A stretch of DNA of 63,916 nucleotides, counting the filler, from Octopus bimaculoides (lineage: Eukaryota): assembly GCF_001194135.2 (NCBI RefSeq). It is 4 parts of 4 records of this genome, joined end to end, with 100 filler letters (N's around TTAATTAATTAA, not from the genome) between each part and the next. Parts side by side here need not be neighbours in the genome. Positions count along the whole stretch, not along the records: positions 26,030 to 53,477 come from NC_068983.1; positions 53,578 to 62,765 come from NC_068984.1; positions 62,866 to 63,916 come from NC_068982.1; 1 more part is not named here. One strand, written 5' to 3'. The notes beneath the pieces are model-generated. The model was given only the letters and a program-made list of their open reading frames with translations. It was not told where the DNA came from and did no database searches. The position numbers and the translations under genes were made by a program. Of the stretch, positions 51,773-63,916 are shown piece after piece; the first letter of the stretch is position 1; the number at the start of each line of letters is the position of its first letter.

Positions 51773-51846
51773 GAAATTGTAAAGGACAAGGCTCAGAATA
51801 TCCATAATTGTGAAAGCCTTTCATTTGATACCAATCCTAATCAGTT
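51773..51846 (+). CDS. Probable TBK1-like exon (EIVKDKAQNIHNCESLSFDTNPNQ)
   Basis: Long polypyrimidine tract plus aag acceptor, gtaagt donor; 74 nt, phase 0 to 2, open frame. Confidence 0.5.
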
Positions 51847-52898
51847 GTAAGTACTGTCTTGGAGAATTATATTTTCATTAAATATTGATTAACATGAATT
51901 AATAACATATCACTGGCACAAGTAGCCTTGTTTGTCACTTATTCACTTGTAACTGATCTGGGAGAACACAATACATTCAACTGTGTATCATGTTATGCTT
52001 ATCACAGATAGATCTGTGATAACATGAGTCGATGAGTCTGCTTGTGCTGTAAAAATATGCCCCACTGACTACCCACAATGCTTAGCTACCCAGACTGCAC
52101 TGACTATTGCTTGTGATGATATGGCTGGGCTGTAGAGTTGATCATTTTTCATACAGATTTACAGACTCGTACACAGCAACTTGCCACCAGTAAACAGAAA
52201 AAAATATAAAGGTAGAAAGGATCGAAAAGGTGCATGTTTGTGGAAGCTTCACTGCTATGGGATGTGAGTTTGTGGTCAATGAATCCACTATTCATTCCAT
52301 TTACAAAGAACATGGAGATGATTCATTATTCACTGATTCATTCATCACTGTTTTGTTTGTTTTTAATCCAAATGTCCCCCATAATAAACAATGATAGAGG
52401 TATGTTATTTTACCAGTGTACTTAATCACCTTTTTACTCTTTATCTTTTAGGGGTTCCTTCATAGCTGTTTTCATGGGATTAAATTAGTTGTGGTTAACT
52501 CCACCCTGACCACACTCCAGCCTAGCCCTGGCCATTCTCCAACCCCATCTTGGTTGCTCCCAACCTGTCTTCTATAATGTGAGTAACCACGTAGCTCCTT
52601 AATGACAAGAAATCTGTACTGTTCTGGACCCTTCTCTCACCCTCTAACCCCTCATTTTGTAGCATAAAATCACCTTCTTCTCTACTGTAATCCCACTCAG
52701 TCAAATACAATCTTAGTCTTACAAGCTTCATGGTAACCTCACAAATGCTGTTACCATGCAAAAAGCATCCAATGGCTGACATTAGAAAGGGCGTCCAACC
52801 ATAGAAACCATACTAAAGCAAGACACTGGAGCACAGTGTAGTCTTCTGCTCAATCAAATCCTGTCAAACTGATGAATCTATATCAACATGGAACAGGG

Positions 52899-52934
<36 letters not shown>

Positions 52935-52966
52935 ATGTGTGTGTGTGTATGTGTGTGTGTGTATAA

Positions 52967-53021
<55 letters not shown>

Positions 53022-53577
53022 TATATATCTATATATTTGTATATATATGTATACTCTGCCAAATTTAGATTGGAGCCTGGTGTTGCCATCCGGTTTCACC
53101 AGTCCTCAGTCAAATCGTCCAACCCATGCTAGCATGGAAAGCGGACGTTAAACGATGATGATGATGATGATGATGATATATGTATATATGCATGTATATA
53201 TATGTATATATATATATGCGAGTAAAAATAAATACAAAAAAGGTGTTTTTTTTTTGTATGATTGTGTATAGAGGAATATATTATTTTGTTTAAAAGAGTT
53301 CCAACACTGTCTGTTTTTTATGTTTTATTTATATTCCTGCAGAACCAATGTGGGGGTATAGAATATGGAATATACAATATATAAAATAAAATAAAATAAA
53401 ATAAAAATGGATGGCACCATGAAAGAAAGTATTGAATGTAGATGAAATATTGAGTGTTCAATATAAAGGATCAAATANNNNNNNNNNNNNNNNNNNNNNN
53501 NNNNNNNNNNNNNNNNNNNNNTTAATTAATTAANNNNNNNNNNNNNNNNNNNNNNNNNNNNNNNNNNNNNNNNNNNN

Positions 53578-53763
53578 CCAGAAAGGAGAAAGCTAATTCG
53601 AAGGTTACAGATCCAATCCATCACTGGAACTGTAAAAATCTGTAAAACTTTCCAGAAGTTTATCAGTTAACTATATATGAGCATGTCTAGATATGCAACT
53701 ATATGCATGAGAATACATACATAAAGCAAAACATACAAATCTGCACATACATACATACATACA

Positions 53764-53795
<32 letters not shown>

Positions 53796-53945
53796 CATAC
53801 ATACATACATACATACATACATACATACAAAAATACCCTGTGTTGGTGTGGAAATTCCAATGAAGGAACATTGGATCTAGGTTAGAAATCGGTTCTTTTT
53901 CTATTGGCAAGAAATCTTGAAATAAATTGAATAATGGCATACATA
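53578..53945 (+). mobile_element. 3' end of the same RLE LINE with internal and terminal (CATA)n
   Basis: ccagaaaggagaaagctaattcgaagg...catgagaatacatacataaagcaaaacatacaaatctgc-(CATA)n-...ttggatctaggttagaaatcggttc...-(CATA)n. Confidence 0.75.
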
Positions 53946-54813
53946 CATACATACATACATACATAGTACATACATAGTACATACATACGTACATACATAC
54001 ATATATAAGCATGCATTTATACTTGCGTATGTACAAACATGGCCAGGCGTTCCGTCGGTTACGATGCCGAGTGTTCCAGTTGATCCGATCAATGGCACAA
54101 CCGACTCATGAAATTAACGTGTAAATGGCTGAGCACTCCACAGACACACGTAGCCTTAACGCAGTTCTCAGAGATATTCAGCGTGACACAGAATGTGACA
54201 AGGCTGGCCCTTTTGAATTTACAGGTACTACTCACTTTTGCCAGTTGAGTGCACCGTAGCAACATGAAATAAAGTGTCTTGCTCAAAGACACAACGCGCC
54301 GCCGGGAATCGAACTCACGACCTTGCCGTGAGTCCGATACTTAATGTACATACATCGATGACAGTCAAATTACTGCGGTATTCATAGGAGATAACGTCTC
54401 TGATGGACGTGCTGTGTTTAGAAGCACTGTATTTAGCGGAGGGAGACGAAAAATCGTTCCAGCAGCAGCAGCAGCATCTCTCTCGAACGAAAACCTCTGT
54501 AACTTGCCTTTCAATGATATATAAGCATTAAGGATGATACGTAGATGGCTATTTTTATTTAATACTGCTTCATATATATATATATGAAGCTCGTCGAAAC
54601 GCCGGTGTTAAAACGTGGGTAGCTGATGAAGTAGAATGTTCTCTATGTGGCTCGTGTGTTCTCGTCTACGTTTGTTTGCAATGTCCTGTACCCAGATATG
54701 CACCTATACATACAGGTGGATGTCGGTATGCACATACCTGTACGTATATATGCATATACTCATTTACTTTTATATATATATATATATATATATATAAGTA
54801 TTAAGCAGTATTA

Positions 54814-54847
<34 letters not shown>

Positions 54848-55219
54848 ATTAAACTAAATTAAACAATAGGGTAAAAAATTGGATATTAATTAATATCAAT
54901 TTAATACCAGGTAACAAGCCCATTAAAAGAATCAGGGAGATTCAGAAAAAATATCTGAGATCTCAAACGATTATTGTATATGTATATATAAGACTATATA
55001 AAAATATATATAAAGGAGGCCACTTGGTGGACTGCTAATATATATACAAGTTAAATTTAAATTTTAAAAAACTAAGGTTTAGCAAGGAGGTGTTTGGATG
55101 CGTTGCATCTGATGTCATTACATCGTCCTCTGCCCACGAGGGAACAGTACAGAATGAAGCCGAAACAATTGCTATGCTAATAAAGCTTCTAGTTATACTC
55201 CTTCCGTATCAATCATTTA

Positions 55220-55271
<52 letters not shown>

Positions 55272-55287
55272 ACACATACATACTTAC

Positions 55288-56745
55288 CACAAATATAAAC
55301 AAATAAAAACAATTCTACGCAAGACAGGTTCTTTGATGATGTACAGCATGCCGGGAAGTTGGCAACGTGATCTCACTGCCGTATCTGTTAGCTGTTTGTG
55401 AGCACGTAAAGGTCTCTCCTGATGCTGTTCGGATAAAATTGTGTTTACTGGCATCAATTCAGTGATTACAGCAATTTCTGACACCTCGGCTTCAATTTCT
55501 GGTAGACGGCCATTACATTTAACAGAGTTGTTTTCGTTATAAATATTGCGATCGACTTGTAACGCTTTTTGAGATATTGACGAATCGTTGTAAGTTCCTA
55601 GATACTTATCTGTTTCATTACTAGCATTTATATGTCGATCATTGTCATGGATATTATTAGGCAATGGTTTATTAATGCAAGGCATACTTTCAGTACGTAT
55701 TCCAAGGTCTTCGTTCTGAATATGTATATGAGAAGTCATTACTGCACTTAATGTTCTTTTTAAAACCATGTCATTCTTATCCGGTATCTGTTGGAATGCA
55801 TCTAGGTCGGCGTTTATACATTCTGCTTTTGTTGAATACATTTCATCAAAGTTTACACTTGTACTTATTATGTCTGTTAGTATGTTATTAGTTTGTTGTA
55901 ATTCGGCCTTTCCAATGTCTTCATTGATGTCATGTATGTCTTGGAGACTAGTGTTCTTGGCAATATTCGCTTTTGTTGGGTTTGTCCGTTTGGAAAAAAT
56001 ATTCATGGCGTCAGTATTGAGTTTTTGTGTTTGTTGGGAGACAGTGTCTTCGGTTTTGATGTCAAAATTTGTGTCTTGTACATGCTGTGAGGAGCGGGAA
56101 CTATCGTTTACAACGGCGTCTGTGTCTTCTGTCTGTTCGTGACAATTGTTTTCGATGTTAACATTTACATACACTGTCTGGTGGCAGGAAGTAGATTCTG
56201 TCAGTTGGAAGTCTCTCTGTAGATGTTTGTCTGTATTTACAACCAAGCCTTCAAGACAAACATTTGAACTGTCGACATTTCTGATTTCAGAGTCATCGAT
56301 TTTCGCTGTATCGATATTTCTGTCTTCTGTTTGTGCAGAATTAATTTTCGAAGAGTTGACATTTATCTGTTTTGCATGCTGACCAGAAACACTTGTTATG
56401 TGGACATCTTTGTCTTGTATTCTTGGAGAAAAGCTGTTCGATGATTTGTGAGCATTGTCGACATATTTAGTGTCATTCGTGATTTGGGTAGGTATTTCTC
56501 CTGTATTGACACTTAGAGAAGGTTGAATGGAATTCAGTTTTGCAGAATCTACGACAATATCTCCAATTACATGAGACGAGGTGTCTGAATGGGAGGCTTC
56601 TGATCCCAACGGATCAAAATGGCGATAAACATACGCCACTTGGTCATAGTCAACATCGTTCTTTTTTGCAGCTTTCCTAATCAGACGTTTTGCTTCTGTC
56701 CATCTGTCTTTGGCAATTAACCAACGTATAGACTCATCTATAGAC
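55288..56745 (-). CDS. SLC22-family transporter, giant exon encoding the TM6-TM7 loop and TM7 start
   Basis: ctgttttag acceptor, gtaagt donor; 1458 nt with no stop, phase 2 to 2. Begins (W)SIDESIRWLIAKDRWTEAKRLIRKAAKKN (E-S-x-RWL motif) and ends IIKEPVLRRIVFICLYLW. Confidence 0.85.
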
Positions 56746-57823
56746 CTAAAACAGTGAGAGGCAAGGGATTATTCTGCAAAAGAATCAAACCGAAGAAGTA
56801 GTTTCATGGTGAAGTAACATACTAAAGGTCACTTTAAAAAGATGTCGTTGGAATTAGTAAGAAAGAAATGCGACAAGTGATAAAAAGTATCACCAAGATA
56901 AAATAAACAAAAAGCTTAAAAACAGTCACCGCTGCTACCACCATCATTATCACCGCCACCAACGTCGCGATTAACAACAACAGGAACAGGAAACAAAATA
57001 ATAATTAGCTATAATAAAGCTTACTCATTGCATATAATATTGTCAACATGCATTGTGTTTTCCATGTAAAATGTCTATACTGGGTGGGTGGAAAGGCAGT
57101 GTTAAACTGAGAGAAGGATTAAGTATGTCACTCAATGTTAAGTCCCACTGCTTTTCATTAACGAAATATTAATCAACTTGCATTAATTAAAAACACTACT
57201 GTTAATTACATGCTTGATGAACAATAATAACACATAATATCTAAATACATGATCTAGTGAAAGTCATTATTATTGTTTTCGTAGAATCCCGTATCAGAGC
57301 TGATTAGACAGACGATGACTGAAGATATTCTGGTCATGACCACCATGTCTTTTCAGGCTTGTTTTGTCCCGAGCTACGTTACCCAGAATATCCCCCGCTC
57401 GATACTTTTCTGAAAGGTGGCGGAATGCGTGATTTGAGAGAGATTTGGTTGCTATGTCTAACAGGTTGAGCGACCATGCACGGAGCAAAATGTAGGACTC
57501 ATCTTTGATTTGAGCAAAGAGAATGTTAAGCGTTCTGGTTCATGCCGATGACGAGCGATATACAGTAATAACATGTAAACTATTTAATAACGAACGCCAA
57601 TCATAAGCACCGCGGCTCCATTAAGTCTGGACTACCATCAGACAACGTGCTATATCAACAACAAGGATTATATAACAAAACAACAGCAACAGCAACAAAA
57701 CAAAATACGAATGTAGCGTGAGCAAAATTAATTTACAAACATTTGGGGGAATCTTTATGTAATAATTAACGAACATACACGAATAAATAAAAGACAATAT
57801 ATTTTTTTCTGGAGAGAACTTAC

Positions 57824-58026
57824 CATATCTCAAATAAGGAAGGACAGAAGAACAAGGCGAAAACAGCATGTAATATTCGCCAATTGAAATTTCGGAAAAT
57901 GTAAGCTATTGGCGCCATCATCATCACGCCAGAAACCCACATCACTCCACCAAGTAGTAGAACATGGGTTCGATTTTCTGTAGGGAAAAGCTCGGCTATC
58001 ATTATAGTTCCTGGCACATTCATACC
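57824..58026 (-). CDS. SLC22-family (organic cation/anion transporter-like) MFS transporter, TM4-TM6 exon
   Basis: ttttctcctag/gtaagt boundaries; 203 nt. GMNVPGTIMIAELFPTENRTHV...YIFRNFNWRILH...LFEIW carries the SLC22 motifs ELFPTxxR and WRxL. Confidence 0.88.
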
Positions 58027-60309
58027 CTAGGAGAAAAGTGTAAAGGAACAAAAAAAAAAAGATAAGTGACGTATCATATTTGCCGGCGTAAGATGCACTC
58101 ACACGTAAGATGTACCTCCATTTTACAAGTATATTTTGTAGAAAAAATAAAGTATGTTTTATCATACATACATCCATTGAAAAATATTTTGAAACGTTTT
58201 TTTTAGGGGATGCTGTATGATTCGTGCTTGTAAATATAATGCTATAAACAGAGTATTGGAATAAAGTATGGAACCATAAATTTCTCATATATAAACTGTT
58301 ATGCGGATAGCGTATTTCAAATTAACCTTCTTTGTGATAAACTGTGTAGTAGATTATATTTTAGCCAAGAGAATTTCCAAGCAGGACATAAAACTCTCAT
58401 TTTTAGCTATGATGTCTTGTTATTGCAATCGTTCACCAGGTTGGTGCACTACCGCTATGATTTTGTCATCCACTCATTGTAAATAGTTGATAAGCGAACG
58501 AAACTTTAACGGACCTTTTATCTTTCTGGGAGAATTTGCATTTAGTTAATTGGAAAAAAATGTTTCTTAAATGTAGCACAATCACTTATAATCACTTATA
58601 ATAACTTATAATAACTTATAATAGCTTATAATACAAATCAAGTGTGAGCAATGTATACTGGGGAAGAGATATAATGAAATGATATGACTTCTCAACGTAA
58701 CTGCCGGCGTACAATTAGCAATTTTTCGTTAGGTTGTGGTACCAGACTACAATATTTTGGATTGTTTTCAATATCTTATGATTAGTTAAGGTGGCGAGCA
58801 GGTAGAATCGTTAGCACGCCGGGCAAAATGCTTAGCGGCATTTCGTTCGTCTTTACGTTCTAAGTTCAAATTCCACCGAGGTCGACTTTACCTTTCATCG
58901 TTTCCGGATCGATGAAAATAAGAACCACCTGTGTATTAGGGTCAATGTAAGCGACTTAGCCCCTCCCCCGAAGTTACTGGCCTTGTACCAAAATTTGAGA
59001 CCAAAATTTTATGATCAGTAACAATTATTGTGCCTAGAGGACTTATGCTTATCCGCTTCCGTAGCCAATGACACTCGGCTTCCGTCTGCAATACAGCCAT
59101 ATTAGACGCTGGGCACTTATTACGTCTTATACGTCGGCAAGCACATTATGTTAAACTATTTTGTATATTAGGCCAACCAGAATCTCATTTTTAGTCTGAA
59201 ATCAGTATTGGTTGAACATTATTAAAGTCTTTCTAGTTATAACCATACTGTCTTTTATTCATGGGAGAATTCACGAAAAAACAACAGACGAAGACAGGTG
59301 ATGTTAACAATAAACAGATATATTAGTATAACGCTCGGGAATAGAGAAAGTTTTTAACGTTTCGAGCCTACGCTCTTCAACGGAAAGGAGCACACAAAAA
59401 AAAACAAGGAGAGAAAAAAATATATAGAAAGAAAGTCTCTACTCATCACACACTAACTTATGACTCTCTACCTTTTTTCATTCTGGACTATTTATTGTGG
59501 ACTTTTTTATTCTGAACTTTGCACTCTCCGGCTGCACCTCTCCTGCCTACGGATTACGCTGTACCTATCTACTGTCTTTTATGCAGTTTATCAAAGACTA
59601 TATCATCTAACATTTCTAGACAAGAGTATTGAAGACATAACTACTATTTCTAGCAAACGGAGTGATCATAGAGAAGTTTCCTCATTGTTTCATGTTGCGG
59701 GGAAATATTTTTATTCTTAACTAAATTACTAATAAGAAGTAGCTGTCTTTTAACACCAGGTCAGCCTGATCGGGCATACTTTTGATTAAATGCATTCACG
59801 CCATGATATTACTGTCTTTTTCTTTTCAAGCATAGAGTACACTGGACTATATTATCGAATGCATTCTTTTAAGTAGGCCATGGTGCGTCATGGATTTGGG
59901 TGCTATTTCTACCAGCTCGAAAAACCACGTGGAGGGTCTCGCGCTGTCTCATAAATTATTCAGTTTATCATAAATAGGTCACTATTTTATTCGGTGTACT
60001 ATAAATAAATCACAACTATTAGCTGGTGAGCCATTAGTAGGTCAGTCTTCTAATCAGGGTACCAGAATTAGGACAATATTGTAAACAGTGTACAATAAGT
60101 AGGTTAGTACTTTTAAACAGCCAACTATAACTGCCTTTAGTGTTTTTGTTTCCTTTGTGGTATATTCCCAAGAAGAGCAACATCTTTTGTCCGAGTATCT
60201 ACCACTCTATCTTCCAACATCTGAAAAATGATGGAAACATATGTAAAGAATTACACCCTTTACCACCTTCACTATTTTTCTCTCTTCATTAGTTGGTCAT
60301 CAGAACGAA

Positions 60310-60490
60310 ACAGCGATTTCTCTCTTACATCACACCCCAGTGATTTATCTCTTACGTCACACACACAAGCGATCTTTCACCTATGTCACACACCAACAAT
60401 TTCTCTCCCACGTCACACACCAGCGATTCCTCTTCTACGACATTTATCAGTGATTACACTTCAGTGTTACACACCAGTTATTTTTCTTCC
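60310..60490 (+). repeat. About 27-bp minisatellite, about 7 diverged units
   Basis: Unit approximately cagcgatttctctcttacgtcacacac. Confidence 0.7.
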
Positions 60491-60494
60491 TTGA

Positions 60495-60860
60495 GAACTT
60501 TGTCGGAAACAATTTTGCTGCCTTTGACGTCGTCAGCAAAGCTTTCAACTCGGTTTAACATGAAAATCTTTTAGCTAAGTTGCTTGGCTAAAGTGCTTAT
60601 CCATTTAATCATCTCTAGAATCGAAAGTATCCTACCAATGTACACCATCTCAGTGTACGGTCTCTTTCATTTTTCTCTCTCCTTCTCTCTCTCCCCTCTC
60701 TCTCTTCCTATCAACTTTAGTGTACTTCAGGGTTCGGTTACGTCTCATATTTTTCTGCTGTATATCAATGACCTATTGCCTGTCACTACCAACAAAATGC
60801 ACACATTCTCTTCCACAAATCATACAACTTTTCCATTTCTCATCAAACTTCTGTCGAAAG
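60495..60860 (+). mobile_element. Jockey/CR1-type LINE RT remnant
   Basis: SETILLPLTSSAKLSTR (~DISKAFDRV); SVLQGSVTSHIFLLYINDLL (~GVPQGSVLSPTLFLLYINDL). Confidence 0.65.
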
Positions 60861-61397
60861 GCTCCATCTACATGCAGCCTACACAAGCTTGCACAGTTTC
60901 CATGAAGGGAGTCTTTGAAAACATCCACATATAAGGACATATCAATACTAAAACAGTTAACAATGCCAAAGAGTAATCGCTACATATACCGATATGAATA
61001 TACACATATCAAAGAAAAAGCTTATGTTACATTCCTCTCTATACTCTTTTACTCTTTTACTTGTTTCAGTCATTTGACTCCGGCCATGCTGGAGCACCGC
61101 CTTTAGTCGAGCAAATCGATCCTAGGACTTATTCTTTGTAAGCCTAGTACTTATTCTATCGGTCTCTTTTTACCGAACTGCTAAGTTACGGGGACGTAAA
61201 CACACTAGCATCGGTTGTCAAGCGAAGGTGGGGGGACAAACAGACACACAAACATATACACACACATATATATATATATANNNNNNNNNNNNNNNNNNNN
61301 NNNNNNNNNNNNNNNNNNNNNNNNNNNNNNNNNNNNNNNNNNNNNNNNNNNNNNNNNNNNNNNNNNNNNNNNNNNNNNNNNNNNNNNNNNNNNNNNN

Positions 61398-61456
<59 letters not shown>

Positions 61457-62146
61457 CATATATACGACGGGCTTCTTTCAGTTTCCGTCTACCAAATCCA
61501 CTCACAAGGCTTTGGTCGGCTCGAGGCTACAGTAGAAGACACTTGCCCAAGGTGCCACGCAGTGGGACTGAAACCAGAACCATGTGGTTGGTAAGCAAGC
61601 TACTTACCACACAGCCAAGAACTAAAACTTTACGATCGTTGCAATTGTCCAGAATCTCTGATGACTCACAGCAGTTTATCACATAAAACATAGGCAAAGC
61701 TGTATTAAAAGGCTAAGTTTCGTCTTTAAAGCTCAACAACAATTTAGCCTCGATCATTTTCAGATTAGTTTTTAAAGCTCAAATAATATTCCTATATAGA
61801 ATCAAATATTTAGTATAAGTTTAAGGGAACCGAGAAGAGGAAACACAGTTAACTAGTCCGGAGGGTAATACGATTGTTGAAGTATTACTGATAGAATATT
61901 CAGAGAGGACATTGCACGTCTAAGTACCAATGGTTATAGTGTGCTCATATACGTAGGACAACTCTACTGCTACCCTAATAAAATCTGTAGAACAGTTGTT
62001 TGCAAACAGTGCAGCGCAGCATTTCATCTAATTTAAGGCTTTTGAAAATTCATGCTGACCCTTGAGCTTCCTGTAAAACATTATCAAAAATTTTGTTGTA
62101 CAGAAATAGGAGTATTTAAACGAAGTAAGCAATAGTTTTCCGTGTA

Positions 62147-62346
62147 CGAGGGATGCTGAAAAGTTCCTGGTGTTAAGGGTATCGTGAAAGGCCTGGTTGA
62201 GGCCCAACCTTCTGAGTTCTTTTACAAAGCATCGAAAAACTGAAGGACCGTTGTAATAAATGTTTGAATCTGAGAGGGGAATATGTTGAATAAAATCCTC
62301 CTGTATTTTCTGTTACTCAAAGCCAGGAAGTTTTCAGCATCCTTCG
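62147..62346 (+). mobile_element. 200-bp mariner deletion derivative (MITE)
   Basis: TIRs CGAGGGATGCTGAAAAGTTCCTGG / CCAGGAAGTTTTCAGCATCCTTCG; left TA; encodes the mariner C-terminus IEKLKDRCNKCLNLRGEYVE*. Confidence 0.85.
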
Positions 62347-62352
62347 TGTATG

Positions 62353-62388
<36 letters not shown>

Positions 62389-62389
62389 G

Positions 62390-62735
62390 GCAAAGGTGGG
62401 CACCGCTAATCAAAAAGTTAACGTCGTTAACCGTTAATCCGTTAACCAAAAAGTTAACTTCGATGACCGTTAACGTTAATCGTTGTAGAAAAACAATAAA
62501 AAATCAGTTTTTGCTTTAAAACCACCTAAAAACACCTTTAAAAAGTGCCAAAACTATAAAATACGTTAACTTCAATTCAATTGAAGTTAACGGAAGTTAA
62601 TTTAATTGACTTGAGTTAACGGAAGTTAATCAGTCTGATAATGATTTCCAAAGTTAACTTAAAAGTTAAATCGTTAACGAAAATGTTAACTTCGTTAATT
62701 GACAATTAACGAATTAACAGTTTGGTGGCCAGGTT
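62390..62735. mobile_element. GTTAAC-rich hAT-like non-autonomous element
   Basis: About 11 GTTAAC palindromes in about 330 bp; left end caaaggtgggcacc; right end only partly complementary. Confidence 0.5.
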
Positions 62736-62865
62736 TTTATATAGCCCGAACACTTTGTATATATANNNNNNNNNNNNNNNNNNNNNNNNNNNNNNNNNNN
62801 NNNNNNNNNTTAATTAATTAANNNNNNNNNNNNNNNNNNNNNNNNNNNNNNNNNNNNNNNNNNNN

Positions 62866-62897
<32 letters not shown>

Positions 62898-63916
62898 ACG
62901 CAGAGTAGATGGAACAGGGACAACTGACGAAGGGATATACTCTTTATGTTGCATGTCTCGTTTCTCTGTTTGTTTTTTCGTTGTTCGAATAAAGTTCGTT
63001 TTCTGTTTTCGTCTTTATGTTTTCGTTTCTCATTGTGTTTAACGTTTTTTTTTTGTGATGTCCTGTACCCATATATGCATATATGTATATATATATATAT
63101 AGATGTAGGTATGTACAAATATGTATGGATATATGCATATATCTATATATTATTTGAATTATATATGTATGTATGTATGCATGCATGCATGCATGTATGT
63201 AAATGTACGCATGTATGTATATGTTTGTTTAACCCTGGGCTTATCCTGATCGACCAGAGCAATAATCAAAGGTATTCCACCATTGTCCAACGCATCTTGT
63301 TTCTTTCTTTCATTCATAATGTCTTTCCATTATTTATGTCGTCAGCTAAGGACGTAGTAGGCAATTGGAATGGCATTTGACTGCTATTTTTAGGAGATTA
63401 AAACCAACCACGAAGAGATTCCACGCTGCCTTATCAAATATATATCAAAGAGGAGGAACTGTCAATCAAACTGTTGTGTAATTAAACATAATAATTATAC
63501 AACACAAAATATTGTTAATTAACGAGGCCACTAATTGTTTCTTGATGTGTTTACTATTGTTGGTTTCGCTGTCGATATTACCGTTGTTGTTGTTGTCATT
63601 GTTGTTGATGAGTTTGTTGCTGTTGTTGTTGTTGTTGTTGGGGCAGTTGTGTCATTAACTGTTCTAGCGTTATTGTTTTTGTTATTGCTGTTGTTGATGT
63701 TGGTAATGGTGGAGGTGATACTCTAGTTATTGTTATTGTTAGTAGTGGTGGTGGTGGTGGTGACACCTGGATCAATGAAGCAGAAGGGAAAAAAGTGAAA
63801 CCGGTGTGTTATAATATATTTTGAATATGTAATAATGATTCTTGAAATAAATTTGGTTCTAATAATATATTTTGGAATAATTTAATGAAAGTCTACATTT
63901 TCTGGGTTTAATATAT

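Noticed and set aside
52157-52490. Possible further TBK1-like exons (52165-52263, 52452-)
   Set aside because: Phase-compatible only with a weaker acceptor and without recognisable homology; left uncalled.
54585-54660. CTGATGA/GAAAC words here, CTGACGA at about 62928 and CCGATGA at about 23744
   Set aside because: The core elements are in the wrong order or lack pairing stems, so no hammerhead is supportable.
55070-55200. Possible next SLC22 exon (SITRSFISIAIV...)
   Set aside because: The acceptor is purine-rich and the sequence does not resemble the TM7-8 YYGL..LNF pattern.

Overview
AT-rich, microsatellite-saturated draft genomic DNA from an animal. The SINE families and repeat style suggest an octopus or other coleoid cephalopod (inference). 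There are many N gaps. Three standard 100-bp spacers (44N-TTAATTAATTAA-44N) split the window into four joined segments. Two host genes are partly visible. On +, nine phase-compatible exons (28315-51846) encode a divergent TBK1/IKK-epsilon-family kinase: C-lobe, ubiquitin-like domain and start of the scaffold domain, with the N-lobe exons not found. On -, two exons (57824-58026, 55288-56745) encode part of an SLC22-type MFS transporter whose TM6-TM7 loop is expanded to about 465 aa. The rest is mobile DNA: at least four SINE-like families, RTE, RLE (R4/Dong-like), Jockey/CR1 and Penelope retroelements, a mini Gypsy element with about 54-bp LTRs, and hAT, maT (DD37D), mariner and piggyBac elements and MITEs. 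The most notable hidden signal is three families of minimal type-I hammerhead-ribozyme-like motifs with palindromic stem III. One family shows helix covariation across three copies and a non-canonical core. All coordinates were read by hand; exon and motif ends were counted to the base, while repeat ends are approximate (about +/-10-20 bp).
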